This document shows positions 37,003 to 47,180 of a stretch of 64,000 nt of DNA, piece by piece. The position numbers were made by a program, and so were the translations under genes. The stretch lies in NCBI GenBank assembly GCA_963666285.1, contig OY762711.1; one strand, given 5' to 3'. This stretch comes from Sedimentisphaerales bacterium. Lineage in GTDB: Bacteria > Planctomycetota > Phycisphaerae > Sedimentisphaerales > SM23-30. The notes below the pieces were generated by a model. The model had not been told where the DNA came from and did not search any database. It saw only the letters and a list, made by a program, of their open reading frames with translations. Within the stretch, counting starts at the first letter, position 1. Every line of letters begins with the position of its first letter.

Positions 37003-39309
37003 CTATTTTGATTCTTTAGACATAGAATATGGAGCATCTTCCGGAGCTGATCCCCAGTTTGGATTTGGTTCTGGCCCCATATTGAATGTGATTTTACCGC
37101 CATTGGTAATCTGTTCGTGAGTCAGGTATGTCTTGGTATAATTTTTGAAGAATCCAGTCTTAGCAGACTGAATGTAGATGTTTTCGGCGGAGTTTTTAGG
37201 AGCGTTGATAACAAACTTCTTGCCGTCAGCAAGGTTTATGGTCGCTTTTTTGAACAGAGGGGCACCGATAATGTACTCGTTAGATGCTGGGCATACAGGG
37301 TAGAAGCCCATAGCACTGAAAACATACCAGGCAGAAGTCTGGCCGTTGTCTTCATCGCCGCAAAGTCCGTCCGGAGTAGGCAGGTAAAGTTTTTCCATTA
37401 CAGTTCTAACCCATTTCTGAGCTTTGTACGGTGCTCCGGCGTAGTCATACAAATATATCATATGCTGAATAGGCTGATTGCCGTGAGCGTACTGGCCGAG
37501 ATCCATTACAAGCATTTCAGTGATTTCATGAATCTGACTGCCATAGTAAGAGTCATCAAAGTCTGGCGGGCTGGAGAATACTGCGTCGAGTTTGGCAATA
37601 AACACATCTGGTCCGCCCATGAGGTCTATCAAGCCTTGCGGATCCTGGAAAACTGACCAGGTATAATGCCAGGCACAACCTTCGGTGAAATCACCACCCC
37701 ATTTTTCAGGGACAAACGGAGTTGCCCAGGAGCCGTCTTTGTTGCGGCCCCGCATGAAGTTAGTAGAAGCATCGAATACATTTCGATAATTCTGGGCACG
37801 TTTAGCAAAGAGGTCGATTTCTTCCTGGGGGCGGCCAAGCTCTTTGGCGAGCTGCCAGATACAGTAATCTGCATATGCATATTCCAGTGTACGGGCAGTG
37901 TTTTCTCTGAAGCCCATATCATTACTTGGGACATAGCCGAGTTTGTTATAGGCTTCTGCACCGGCACGACCAACTGAAGTCATCGGGCCGATACTTTTTG
38001 TGTTTTTGATGATAGCTTCGTATAGAGTTTCGATGTCATAATCGCGATTGCCTTTCATGTATGAATCAGCAATAATCGAAGCTGAATTTGAACCGATCAT
38101 GCAGTTTCTGTGGCCCGGACTGGCCCATTCCGGCAGCCATCCGCTTTCACGGTAGGCATTTGCCAGGCCTTCCATCATCAGGCTGTTCAACTCTGGATAC
38201 ATCAGGGCATTTAAAGGGAATGCAGATCGGAAAGTATCCCAGAACCCGTTATCTGTGTACATTGGTCCAGGCAGTATTTGACCATTATATGGGCTGTAAT
38301 GCATCATTTTACCGTCTTTATCAAATTCGTGCAAGGTGCGCGGGAATAAAATTGAACGATATAGAGCTGTGTAGAAGTTACGGTATTGAGTCTCTGTTCC
38401 GCCTTCTACTTCAATGCGTCCAAGTTCCCTGTTCCAGGTATCTTTTGCCTTTTGACAGGTAGTATCAAAGCAGTCATCACCAATTTCTCTGGTCAGGTTA
38501 AGCTTTGCCTGTTCCGGGCTGATAAAAGACGAGGCAACTTTCATATTTACTACCTGATCTTTTGTCGTTTTGAACTTAACTACAGCACCAACGTGGTTGC
38601 TTTCTTCGGATTTGCTGCCCATGGTAACGTTCCAGTCTTTCCATGTTCCAACTTCTTCAAAGTCTGTATCAAATACAGCAATAAAGTAGTTATGGAAGTT
38701 GCCCGGCACGCCACCGCTATTATTGCGGCAATATCCGATAATAGTGCGTTCTTCCGGGATAATCTGGACCTTTGAACCTTTGTTAAATGCATCAAGCAAA
38801 ACATAGGCTGAATCTGATTTGGGGAATGTGAAGCGGAACTGGGCAGCCCTTTCTGTCGGCGTAATTTCAGTAGTTATATCATGGTCTGCCAAATAGACGC
38901 TATAGTAATATGGTTTGGCAATTTCCGCTTTGTGGGAGAACCATGACTCCCTTTCTTCTTCCCGAACTTTCAGATCACCAACGATAGGCATAAACAGGAA
39001 AGCAGCATAGTCATTGATCCATGGACTGGGCTGATGTGTTTGTTTAAAACCTTTGATTTTATAGGCATCATACTGGTATCCCCAGCCGTTGCCCATGTTG
39101 TTTGTCATTGGTGTCCAGAAGTTCATACCCCATGGCAGGGCAATAGCGGGATAGGTATTGCCGCTGGAAAGTTTGAATTCTGAATCTGTACCCACCAGCG
39201 GGTTAACATAATCTGCATAAGAGATTTTGTCAGCTGACAGGGCATTACTGCTAAGTAACGCAGAACAAATAAGAATTACTAATGAGATAAACTTTTGCTT
39301 TTTAATCAT
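37003..39309 (-). CDS. GH92 alpha-1,2-mannosidase, secreted
   Basis: YVNPLVGT, GNTYP..ALPWGMNFW, THQPSPWINDY, GFWDTFR, TEG.AWHY, HGNQP, GDEDNGQTSAW. Confidence 0.93.
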   Translation of the reverse strand: MIKKQKFISLVILICSALLSSNALSADKISYADYVNPLVGTDSEFKLSSGNTYPAIALPWGMNFWTPMTNNMGNGWGYQYDAYKIKGFKQTHQPSPWINDYAAFLFMPIVGDLKVREEERESWFSHKAEIAKPYYYSVYLADHDITTEITPTERAAQFRFTFPKSDSAYVLLDAFNKGSKVQIIPEERTIIGYCRNNSGGVPGNFHNYFIAVFDTDFEEVGTWKDWNVTMGSKSEESNHVGAVVKFKTTKDQVVNMKVASSFISPEQAKLNLTREIGDDCFDTTCQKAKDTWNRELGRIEVEGGTETQYRNFYTALYRSILFPRTLHEFDKDGKMMHYSPYNGQILPGPMYTDNGFWDTFRSAFPLNALMYPELNSLMMEGLANAYRESGWLPEWASPGHRNCMIGSNSASIIADSYMKGNRDYDIETLYEAIIKNTKSIGPMTSVGRAGAEAYNKLGYVPSNDMGFRENTARTLEYAYADYCIWQLAKELGRPQEEIDLFAKRAQNYRNVFDASTNFMRGRNKDGSWATPFVPEKWGGDFTEGCAWHYTWSVFQDPQGLIDLMGGPDVFIAKLDAVFSSPPDFDDSYYGSQIHEITEMLVMDLGQYAHGNQPIQHMIYLYDYAGAPYKAQKWVRTVMEKLYLPTPDGLCGDEDNGQTSAWYVFSAMGFYPVCPASNEYIIGAPLFKKATINLADGKKFVINAPKNSAENIYIQSAKTGFFKNYTKTYLTHEQITNGGKITFNMGPEPNPNWGSAPEDAPYSMSKESK

Positions 39310-39373
39310 TATTGCTCCTTTATTGTTACGTAAATACTTATTATTTCAAATATTTTTGTATAATATAGCCGAA

Positions 39374-41917
39374 CTAACCGGAAAGTTCCAGTTGTTCTCT
39401 GAGATATTTTACAATAGTGGTTTTATCCTCGATGCTTTTGAGCTGATTTCTAAAGCTTTTATGCACAATATTTCTGGCAAGTCTGGAGAATATATTCATA
39501 TGTGCGTTGCCGGCACCCTGGTTTTCCCTGATGGTCATAGCAATAACGATATTTACAGGCTCGCTGTCGATAGATTGCCATTCTATGGGTTTTTTCAGTC
39601 GGAAAACACAGATAGAATTTTTTGAGATGTGTGATGTTTTACAGTGTGGGATAGCAAAGCCATGGCCCAGTCCGGTAGAGTAAATTTCTTCTCTTTTCCA
39701 GAAATCTTCTTCGAGTTTTATATAGTTATTGGTTCTCTGGTCCAGGAACAGGGTGTCAACAATATGCTTAATAACTTCTTCTTTATTGTTACAATCAACA
39801 TCAAGGTCGATAAGTTCGGTTTCTATGATACTTTTTTCGGTATTATATAAGCTGTATCCGGCTAGAATTTCAGATACCTGATCAATAGAACTGCATTTGA
39901 TAATATTTTTTAACATATCATAGCAGATATGGCTGTTATGCAAAGACGTAGCAGCCTTAATTCTGCTGATAAACGGTATAGATACACTCAGAGAATCAAT
40001 ACCTGCTCCAATTAGAAGAGGCAAATATTGATCGCTATTGGCCATTTCACCACAAACACAGACATATAAATTTTTATTGTGGGCTTCTGAAATAATCCTG
40101 GAAACAAGGTTCAGGAAAGCCGGGTGGTGGTCAGGATACTTGGAATAAACCTGCTGGTTTTCCCTGTCAGCGGCAAAATAATACTGTTTTAGGTCGTTAG
40201 TGCCGATGTTGATAAAGTCTATTAAATCGGCTAACTGGTCAATAATAAAAAGAACGGAGGGGACCTCAGCCATTATTCCCAGCTTGATATCTTTATCGTA
40301 ATTTATGGAATTGGAATCAAGTTCCTGTTTTACTTTGTTAAGAATTGTACAGACATACAAGACTTCATCGTAAGACGTTACCATAGGGATAACAATCTGA
40401 ATGGGGCCAAAAGCCGAAGCTCTCAATATAGCACTTAGCTGTGTATGCAATAATTCCTTATGTTTCTGATACACCCTTACACCTCTATATCCGAGGGTTG
40501 GGTTTTTTTCATCAGCAATAGGGATAAAATCAATATTTTTGTCGCCGCCGATATCAAAGGTTCTGATTGTGACCGATTTGCCATTTGCCAGAACAGTAGA
40601 TTTCTTATATTCTTCGAAGAGCTCCTGTTCGGCCGGGCAACAATCGCGTCCCATCAGCATAATTTCTGTTCGGAAAAGTCCAATTCCATCGGCTCCATTT
40701 TCGATAGCAGTTTCGACTTCCGAGGCCATGGCTATATTAGCCATGACCTTGAAAGTCTTTTTGTCTTGTGTTGTTGCGGGTTTAGAAATAAATTCTGCCA
40801 TATTACTGCTATAAAAACTACTTTTTTTCTTTTCTCGATCATAAAAACGGTTTACTTGTTCGTTGATCTCGGTTAAAAGGAAACCATAATTAGAATCAAT
40901 GATTACTTGTTGACCTTCTGGCAGATTGAAGTCAACATATTGCACGTCGGTAATAATTGGAATATTGCATGAACGAGCTAAAATAACGATATGAGAAGTA
41001 GGTCCTACCTCCTTCAGGATTAATCCTTTTAAGAATGTTTTATCTAATGAAATAAAATCAGATGGTGACATACTGTCTGCAACACATATTGATGGTTTGT
41101 CCAGACAGATTTTTGTCATTACCTGATTGCCGTATATGAAATTAAGTAATTGATTTCGTATGTCCTGCAAGTCTGAAATTCTGTCACGAATCAGTTGGCT
41201 TTGTGCCTTGCAGAGAATTTCAGAGAAATATTTAAATGCTGTTATAATAGCTTTGGCAGCATTATATTTATTCTCGATAATGAAAAATTTGATTTTATCT
41301 TTCAGCTCTGAATCATTAATAATAGATTTGTGCGCCTGTAATATTTGTCTTTCGACGGTGCTTAACGATAATGTTGCAGCTTTTGCCTTTAGCGAATCAG
41401 CAATGTGGTCGAAGGCATTTTCAATTAAGGCCAGTTCATCCTGAGAATTTAGATATTCAGAATTTATCAGGGTTTCAGGCAGTTTAATATCATCAATGTG
41501 AACTATATGACCTATGCCAAAACCTGAAGTAACTGGTTTGGCAGGGTAAACTTTTACGCCTGCATTCCTGATTACAGGAGAAATGTATGCTCCGTTATAG
41601 TTTTCAGATTCCACGATAGCATCGTCATCAATTATCGGCAGCTCTTTTTCGATGAATTGAGTCAGTTCCTTATACGCAAGGTCAGAGTCATCACCGGTAA
41701 TTTTAAGCAGACATTTATCGTCTACTTTTACATCTGCAGCGATTAGTGAAAGTATGCTTCTGGCATTAGCGGATTTTCCATTCTGCAGATTTTCAATAAT
41801 AATCTGGCTGGAATATCCAGAAGCAATCTGTTCCAGTCTGTTTGCAGGGCGGGCATGAAGACCGTTGATTGCAGGACAGGTAAACTGGTATTCAATTATA
41901 TTATTAATGTCTGCCAA
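39374..41917 (-). CDS. ptsA: Multiphosphoryl transfer protein HPr-EI-EIIA(Fru), PtsA/FryA-like
   Basis: HPr NGLHARPA; EI GPTSHIVILAR, GIGLFRTE, RTFDIGGDK, IGTNDL.QY, CVCGEMA; C-terminal EIIA REE..STGLG.GFAIPHCK. Confidence 0.92.
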   Translation of the reverse strand: MADINNIIEYQFTCPAINGLHARPANRLEQIASGYSSQIIIENLQNGKSANARSILSLIAADVKVDDKCLLKITGDDSDLAYKELTQFIEKELPIIDDDAIVESENYNGAYISPVIRNAGVKVYPAKPVTSGFGIGHIVHIDDIKLPETLINSEYLNSQDELALIENAFDHIADSLKAKAATLSLSTVERQILQAHKSIINDSELKDKIKFFIIENKYNAAKAIITAFKYFSEILCKAQSQLIRDRISDLQDIRNQLLNFIYGNQVMTKICLDKPSICVADSMSPSDFISLDKTFLKGLILKEVGPTSHIVILARSCNIPIITDVQYVDFNLPEGQQVIIDSNYGFLLTEINEQVNRFYDREKKKSSFYSSNMAEFISKPATTQDKKTFKVMANIAMASEVETAIENGADGIGLFRTEIMLMGRDCCPAEQELFEEYKKSTVLANGKSVTIRTFDIGGDKNIDFIPIADEKNPTLGYRGVRVYQKHKELLHTQLSAILRASAFGPIQIVIPMVTSYDEVLYVCTILNKVKQELDSNSINYDKDIKLGIMAEVPSVLFIIDQLADLIDFINIGTNDLKQYYFAADRENQQVYSKYPDHHPAFLNLVSRIISEAHNKNLYVCVCGEMANSDQYLPLLIGAGIDSLSVSIPFISRIKAATSLHNSHICYDMLKNIIKCSSIDQVSEILAGYSLYNTEKSIIETELIDLDVDCNNKEEVIKHIVDTLFLDQRTNNYIKLEEDFWKREEIYSTGLGHGFAIPHCKTSHISKNSICVFRLKKPIEWQSIDSEPVNIVIAMTIRENQGAGNAHMNIFSRLARNIVHKSFRNQLKSIEDKTTIVKYLREQLELSG

Positions 41918-41919
41918 TT

Positions 41920-42225
41920 TTACTTAACGTCCTTAGCAAAAATACTTTCAGGATCTTTCAGGGCCATCTGGATTGGAACTTCGATTTTTGGGATATCATC
42001 GAATCGTTCCATTTTTTCTACCATAATGTCAACTGCCAGGATTAAGGCATCGGCATTTCTGACATCATCAGCTGTCAGTTCGTTTTCTATACCCATTGCG
42101 CCTTGGGTTTCAACTTTAATTTCGTGACCAAGTTTTTTGGCAGTCTTTTCAAGGTTTTCAGCTGCCATGTAAGTATGTGCGATGCCGGTCGGGCATGCTG
42201 TAACTGCAATATATTTCACTTTCAA
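41920..42225 (-). CDS. frwB: PTS fructose-family EIIB (FrwB-like)
   Basis: AVTACPTGIAHTYMAAE, KVETQGA; overlaps the IIC stop codon (start TTG 42225 or GTG 42219). Confidence 0.9.
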   Translation of the reverse strand: MKVKYIAVTACPTGIAHTYMAAENLEKTAKKLGHEIKVETQGAMGIENELTADDVRNADALILAVDIMVEKMERFDDIPKIEVPIQMALKDPESIFAKDVK

Positions 42226-43301
42226 GATTCCGTTTTTAAAGTTAACTTTTTAACAATGTTGATTGATATAGCGGTAACAAACGAGCCAATAACAATAGCA
42301 AGAATGTACATTATGCGATTATCAATCACCAACAATACTATAGGTCCACCGTGTGGTGCGTGGTTTCCAACACTGCCAAGCATGGCTGTAACAGAGGCTG
42401 CCATTGAACCAATGATAATACAAGGTATGACTTTTATTGGGTCAGCAGCTGCAAAGGGGATAGCGCCTTCTGTAATGCCGATCATCCCCATACCAAACGC
42501 GGCAATACCGCTTTCACGCTGCTCTTCTGTCCAGAGTTTTTTCTGCAGCATAGTTGCCAGACCCAGTCCAAGCGGAGGGGTACAGATAGCTGCAGCTACA
42601 GCGCCCATGATCTGGTAATTGCCCTGGTTAATCATAGAAGCACCAAAGAAAAATGCAGCTTTATTTACCGGTCCGCCCATGTCAAAAGCTATCATAGCGC
42701 CAAGAGCCATAGCAAGCACAATAGCACTGGAATTTTGCATTTCAGAAAGACATCCTTGAAGACTAACCATTATCTGAGCAACTGGCATACTGACAAATAT
42801 CATCAATGTTCCAACGATAACAGCTGAAACTATAGGAATGATTAAAATAGGCATGATTGGCCTTATCATTTTATGAACAGGCCACTTCTTGATCCAGTTT
42901 ACTATGTGACCAGCTACAATACCGGCTAGCAGTGCACCAAGAAAACCGGCGTTTGCTGATTGGTCGCCAATTTTTTGAGGTAAATCTGCAAAATAGCCTC
43001 CAATGAAACCGGCAACAAGGCCAGGTTTACCAGCCATTGCATAAGCGATGTAGCCGGCCAGTATAGGAAGCATAAGTTTAAAAGCTGAGGATCCTATTGT
43101 TAAAAGATGGCTAAGGATTTGTATTTTTGTTTTCATGAATTGTGAATAATCATCATGAATCGAAAAATCAGGACCACCTTCTCCCATGGGGGCAAAGCCA
43201 ATTGCAAATGCAATCAATATACCGCCGCAAGCAATAAACGGTATGGCGAAAGATACACCGCTTAGCAAATATTGTTTGTGTTTATCTATGATTGCTTTCA
43301 T
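42222..43301 (-). CDS. frwC: PTS fructose-family EIIC (FrwC-like)
   Basis: LSGVSFAIPF...GG.LIA, KPGL, AFDMGGPVNKAA, GITEGAIPFAAADP, APHGG; ATG at 43301. Confidence 0.9.
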   Translation of the reverse strand: MKAIIDKHKQYLLSGVSFAIPFIACGGILIAFAIGFAPMGEGGPDFSIHDDYSQFMKTKIQILSHLLTIGSSAFKLMLPILAGYIAYAMAGKPGLVAGFIGGYFADLPQKIGDQSANAGFLGALLAGIVAGHIVNWIKKWPVHKMIRPIMPILIIPIVSAVIVGTLMIFVSMPVAQIMVSLQGCLSEMQNSSAIVLAMALGAMIAFDMGGPVNKAAFFFGASMINQGNYQIMGAVAAAICTPPLGLGLATMLQKKLWTEEQRESGIAAFGMGMIGITEGAIPFAAADPIKVIPCIIIGSMAASVTAMLGSVGNHAPHGGPIVLLVIDNRIMYILAIVIGSFVTAISINIVKKLTLKTES

Positions 43302-43561
43302 ATTTATCAGGATAAGAAGAAGTAATAAAAATGTAATAATATCCAATGTTTATAGCTATATTATATATAAGTGTTGATTGGCGACCAATAGGAATAAAGA
43401 ACCAAATGTAGTACAATTATCGCATGGAAGTGGCGGGTGAGTGGTGTTTTGTGCTATGCGGTAAAAAAATATTTATATCTAAATGTAGTTAATGTAGATG
43501 TTTATATTTTTTGTGAAATAATCTACTTTGAAATGAAATGTGATTTTAGTAACATGTAATC

Positions 43562-44398
43562 GTGGAAGCAACGCAAAAGATATTGAAAAGTCTTAATCAG
43601 TTCATTGAAACAAACAGTATTGAAGACGTCTTTTTTGCCGGCAATCGGTTTCCAGCCCCTATGTTTGCCTTTGCCGTGCATTTTCCCCGTCTTTCTGTGC
43701 CGTTGGAAGGTGAGTATCGCACTCAGATTGAGCAGGGAAACGAGATAGTCGATTTAGAGTTAGCTCCCGGTAAAGCTGTTTTTATACCTCCTAACTGTTG
43801 GGATAAGCCTGATATGGCTTCAAAATCGCAAACTCTCCATTTTCTTTTTGGTGTCAGGCAGACCGGAATAAGCCTGGTTTCTTCACAGGAAGATGTCAAA
43901 GCCGAAAAAATTGCTGTACAGAGGGTAATTACCGAGCCTGAGCAGCGTATTCTGGATATTATTCTGGATTTTAATCGCAGGAAAATTGATTATCCGGCTT
44001 TTGGTCATTTGATTACTTCTCTGCTGGCATGCTTTATCAAAAGGCTGGAAGAGTACGACAAGCCGGTTAAATCTCATTCAAAGTATTTATTCCAGGAAAT
44101 ATGCACTTATATTCAGGAAAATTTTCAGAATGACATCTCACGGTCTTCGGTAGCAGAGGTTTTTGATATAACACCAAACCACCTGTCACGGGTTTTCAGG
44201 AACGAAGGTTATATGAAGTTCTGTGACTATGTTAATTATGTACGAATTAACAGGGCAAAGTTTCTATTACAAAATTATGATTTGCCATTATATCAGATAG
44301 CGAGCAGGTGTGGATATAACGATGTGGTTTATTTCTGCAGGATTTTTAAAAAAATCACCAAGAAGACTGCCAAGGAATATCGGGCAGGTCTTAATTAA
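43562..44398 (+). CDS. AraC-family regulator, YijO-like, divergent from the PTS operon
   Basis: N-terminal FPRLSVPLEG...W..P...LFG..Q.G.S recalls E. coli YijO; C-terminal SVAEVFDITPNHLSRVF...IASRCGY...YFCRIFKK. Confidence 0.88.
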   Translation: MEATQKILKSLNQFIETNSIEDVFFAGNRFPAPMFAFAVHFPRLSVPLEGEYRTQIEQGNEIVDLELAPGKAVFIPPNCWDKPDMASKSQTLHFLFGVRQTGISLVSSQEDVKAEKIAVQRVITEPEQRILDIILDFNRRKIDYPAFGHLITSLLACFIKRLEEYDKPVKSHSKYLFQEICTYIQENFQNDISRSSVAEVFDITPNHLSRVFRNEGYMKFCDYVNYVRINRAKFLLQNYDLPLYQIASRCGYNDVVYFCRIFKKITKKTAKEYRAGLN

Positions 44399-44706
44399 GC
44401 TTTGCTTACATAGTACATCAAGTTACTTTTCATAAGAGGTCAGGATATTTCATTTGCAGTTAGATAGTTTTTCCTATGGCGTAATATGGCTATAAGTGGC
44501 AAGTTTCCGGTTGGGGACAAGTAATGTTTAGTGTAAAATATTATTTTTAACTTATTGCTATGTAATGCTTTGTGGATTTAATTGTAAATTTTTAGTTTAA
44601 AATAATCTATTATCTAACATATATATTGACGATTAACTTTAATAGTATTTTAAGTAGATAATATGTAACCTGACAACATGGTTTTGTAATTTTTAAGCCA
44701 ATAAAG

Positions 44707-45246
44707 ATGCCCATAGAGAATAGTAGAGAAAGTAATCACCATAATGTCGAAGCCTTTGTTTCGCTTTTGACAGATAACCAGGCCAGGATTTATAGTTATG
44801 TCCTGTCATTGGTCCCAAACTTCAATGATGCTGACGATATCCTGCAGGAGACAACTAAGCTGATGTGGGAAAAGTTTGGACAGTATAAGTTTGGAACAGA
44901 TTTTTTGGCATGGGGCAGGCGGATAGCTTATTTTCTGATTTTGGAGTATTATCGAAAGAAAAAGAAAGATAACAGTTTTTATTATGATGAGCAATTGATA
45001 AAAAAACTTGAGAAGAATACAGAGAAATTTTCAGATTCTTCGAAAGAGTATATGCTGCATCTAAACAGTTGTATGAAGAAACTTAAAGAACATGATAGGA
45101 ATCTGTTAAAGTTAAAATATTTTGAAAACAAGAAAGTAAAGGATCTCGCTTCTCGATTTGGATGTTCTGTCCAGTATGTGTACAGGAATTTTTCACGTAT
45201 TCACCAGTTATTATTAGCGTGTATTGAGAGGCAGCTTAAGTACTAG
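44707..45246 (+). CDS. ECF sigma-70 factor (Rhodopirellula/Verrucomicrobium type)
   Basis: FVSLLT..Q.RIYSYV.SLV, DADDILQET, GTDFLAWG..IA, L..C..KL...DR.LL.L.Y, SRIH..L..CIE. Confidence 0.9.
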   Translation: MPIENSRESNHHNVEAFVSLLTDNQARIYSYVLSLVPNFNDADDILQETTKLMWEKFGQYKFGTDFLAWGRRIAYFLILEYYRKKKKDNSFYYDEQLIKKLEKNTEKFSDSSKEYMLHLNSCMKKLKEHDRNLLKLKYFENKKVKDLASRFGCSVQYVYRNFSRIHQLLLACIERQLKY

Positions 45247-45256
45247 GATTGTGTTT

Positions 45257-46912
45257 ATGTCTTTAGAGCAAAAGACAAAAAAAATAATAATGGATATACT
45301 TGTCATGTCTTTGGAAGGGCAAGCCGGTAAAGAAGATTTAGAAATGCTCAAGAGTATTCTTGACGGTTCTGAAGTTGCGCGTGATTATTATTGTAGAGCT
45401 GTTTCGGTTGCGGAGTATATCAGAAAAAAAGATTGGAAAGCTGACGGAATACAAGAGTCCGGATGCGATAAGATTTTGAGTACTGATTTATGGCATGCTC
45501 TTGCTGGGCAGGAAGAGGATGCTGAATCCATTATTGTTGAGACGCCATGTGTGATAAATTCAAAGGAGGCTGAATGTGGCCTCGGCAAAAGGAATAAGCT
45601 GATATTCAATTCAGCAATACTGGTAACAGCAGCCTGTCTGTTATTTGCATTTGTTCTTTATTTTACGGCAGATGATTTTCAGAAAGATGCGGCAACACTC
45701 GCAGATTGCTATAATGCCAAGTGGGCTGATGGTGGAATTCAGAAAGGTGATCGTATTTTATTTCGTTCCGGCGTACATAGTTTAGAAGAAGGATATGCCA
45801 GTCTTGTATTTGATAATAATGTAAGGGTGGCTTTTGAATCTCCGTGCAGTTTTGAAATTTTATCTGAAGATAGAATTCGGTTAGATTATGGCGTTCTTTA
45901 TTCACGTGTACCGTCAGAATCCATTGGTTTTTCGGTTGTGACTCCTAAGTGTTTGGTTGTCGACCTGGGAACGGAGTTTGGTGTTAAGGTTGAATATGAT
46001 GGCACAACTGAGCTTCACGTTAATCATGGAAAGACAATGCTGCTTGCAGGCAATAAGACCAGTATTGAGGTTTCTGAAGGATATGCCAGGAAAATATATG
46101 ATCCGGGAAGCGTTACAGAGATTCCTTGTGAAAGTGATTATTTTGTAAGAGAGATTAATTCTGAAACCGGTATGATCTGGCGTGGTGATACGCATTTTTC
46201 TCTAGCTGATGTAGTGGGAGGAGGGAATGGCTGGGGAACAGGTAATCAGGAATCAGGCATTGAGCCGACGACTGGAGAGCGTATAAATTATTTGTCTTAT
46301 AATCGAGAGGGAGAAGGAAAATATGTTTCAGTTTCTCCTGATAAATATTCATATATTGATGGAGTTTTTGTTCCTTGTGGTCCTACTCAGATTGTAAGTA
46401 GTCATGGGCATATATTTAGCGATTGTCCGATAACAAATAATATATATTATACTGATATAATATCTGGTGCTGGTAGCGGTATTAATGACTATAACGACAG
46501 GGCGGGCAAATACCTGCTTGGTGGTAAGAGGTATGGTGTTAAAGGAAATCCATCGATATTTATGCATGCTAATTTGGGGATAACTTATGATTTGGATGCA
46601 ATTCGGGCAGATATGCCAATGAATGATATTGTAAGTTTTGTCTCTAGTGCAGGATTGTCTTCTGATTTGCCCAGAATTGGTAATGCGACAGTATGGGTAT
46701 TGATTGATGGTAATGCCAGATTTAAGATGCAGGTGGATCAGCCCGGTGCTGCAGTATCAATTGAAGTTGATATTCATGATACTGACAGGTTTTTATCTCT
46801 TGTCACGACAGATGGTGAGGACCCTGATATGTATGGCGATTCTAATCTCAGGGCTACTGATTCTGACTGGTGTGTTTTTTCCAGCCCGGAACTTATTTTT
46901 TCGGTCAAATGA
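45257..46912 (+). CDS. FecR-like membrane anti-sigma factor with a C-terminal NPCBM/NEW2-like domain
   Basis: Single TM ending in AAC-containing helix; GF.V.TP...VVDLGTEFGV; SLADVVGGGNG; HANLGITYDL; RFLSLVTTDG. ATG at 45257. Confidence 0.85.
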   Translation: MSLEQKTKKIIMDILVMSLEGQAGKEDLEMLKSILDGSEVARDYYCRAVSVAEYIRKKDWKADGIQESGCDKILSTDLWHALAGQEEDAESIIVETPCVINSKEAECGLGKRNKLIFNSAILVTAACLLFAFVLYFTADDFQKDAATLADCYNAKWADGGIQKGDRILFRSGVHSLEEGYASLVFDNNVRVAFESPCSFEILSEDRIRLDYGVLYSRVPSESIGFSVVTPKCLVVDLGTEFGVKVEYDGTTELHVNHGKTMLLAGNKTSIEVSEGYARKIYDPGSVTEIPCESDYFVREINSETGMIWRGDTHFSLADVVGGGNGWGTGNQESGIEPTTGERINYLSYNREGEGKYVSVSPDKYSYIDGVFVPCGPTQIVSSHGHIFSDCPITNNIYYTDIISGAGSGINDYNDRAGKYLLGGKRYGVKGNPSIFMHANLGITYDLDAIRADMPMNDIVSFVSSAGLSSDLPRIGNATVWVLIDGNARFKMQVDQPGAAVSIEVDIHDTDRFLSLVTTDGEDPDMYGDSNLRATDSDWCVFSSPELIFSVK

Positions 46913-47049
46913 AGTTTATTGAAAAAATACACTAAAAATTGCATTTTTAAAAAAATTATGGTCAAAAAAACACATCTCAGGACACTTAACTACATAAGCA
47001 TTAATTCCATATAATATTATATTTGACATCAAAGTGTAAAAAAATAGTT

Positions 47050-47095
47050 AAGTAGATTAAGTAGATATTTTTAAAAGAGAAGTAGATAAGTAGAT
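47050..47095 (+). repeat. Four AAGTAGAT direct repeats upstream of the LamG gene
   Basis: Copies at 47050, 47059, 47080 and 47088; one more at 44652, upstream of the ECF sigma gene. Confidence 0.55.
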
Positions 47096-47180
47096 AACTC
47101 ACCGCAAATTATGAGGGCAAAAGAGAATCGTTCTCTACAGGTAAAGGCCCTGGAGATTCACCATTTATAAGGAGAAAGAC

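Noticed and set aside
47113..47151. Possible c-di-GMP-I riboswitch (GGGCAAA-stem-GTAAAGGCCC) upstream of the LamG gene
   Set aside because: A hairpin is plausible, but the GNRA loop, the GACGCAAAG segment and the second stem are missing; an Rfam scan would settle it.
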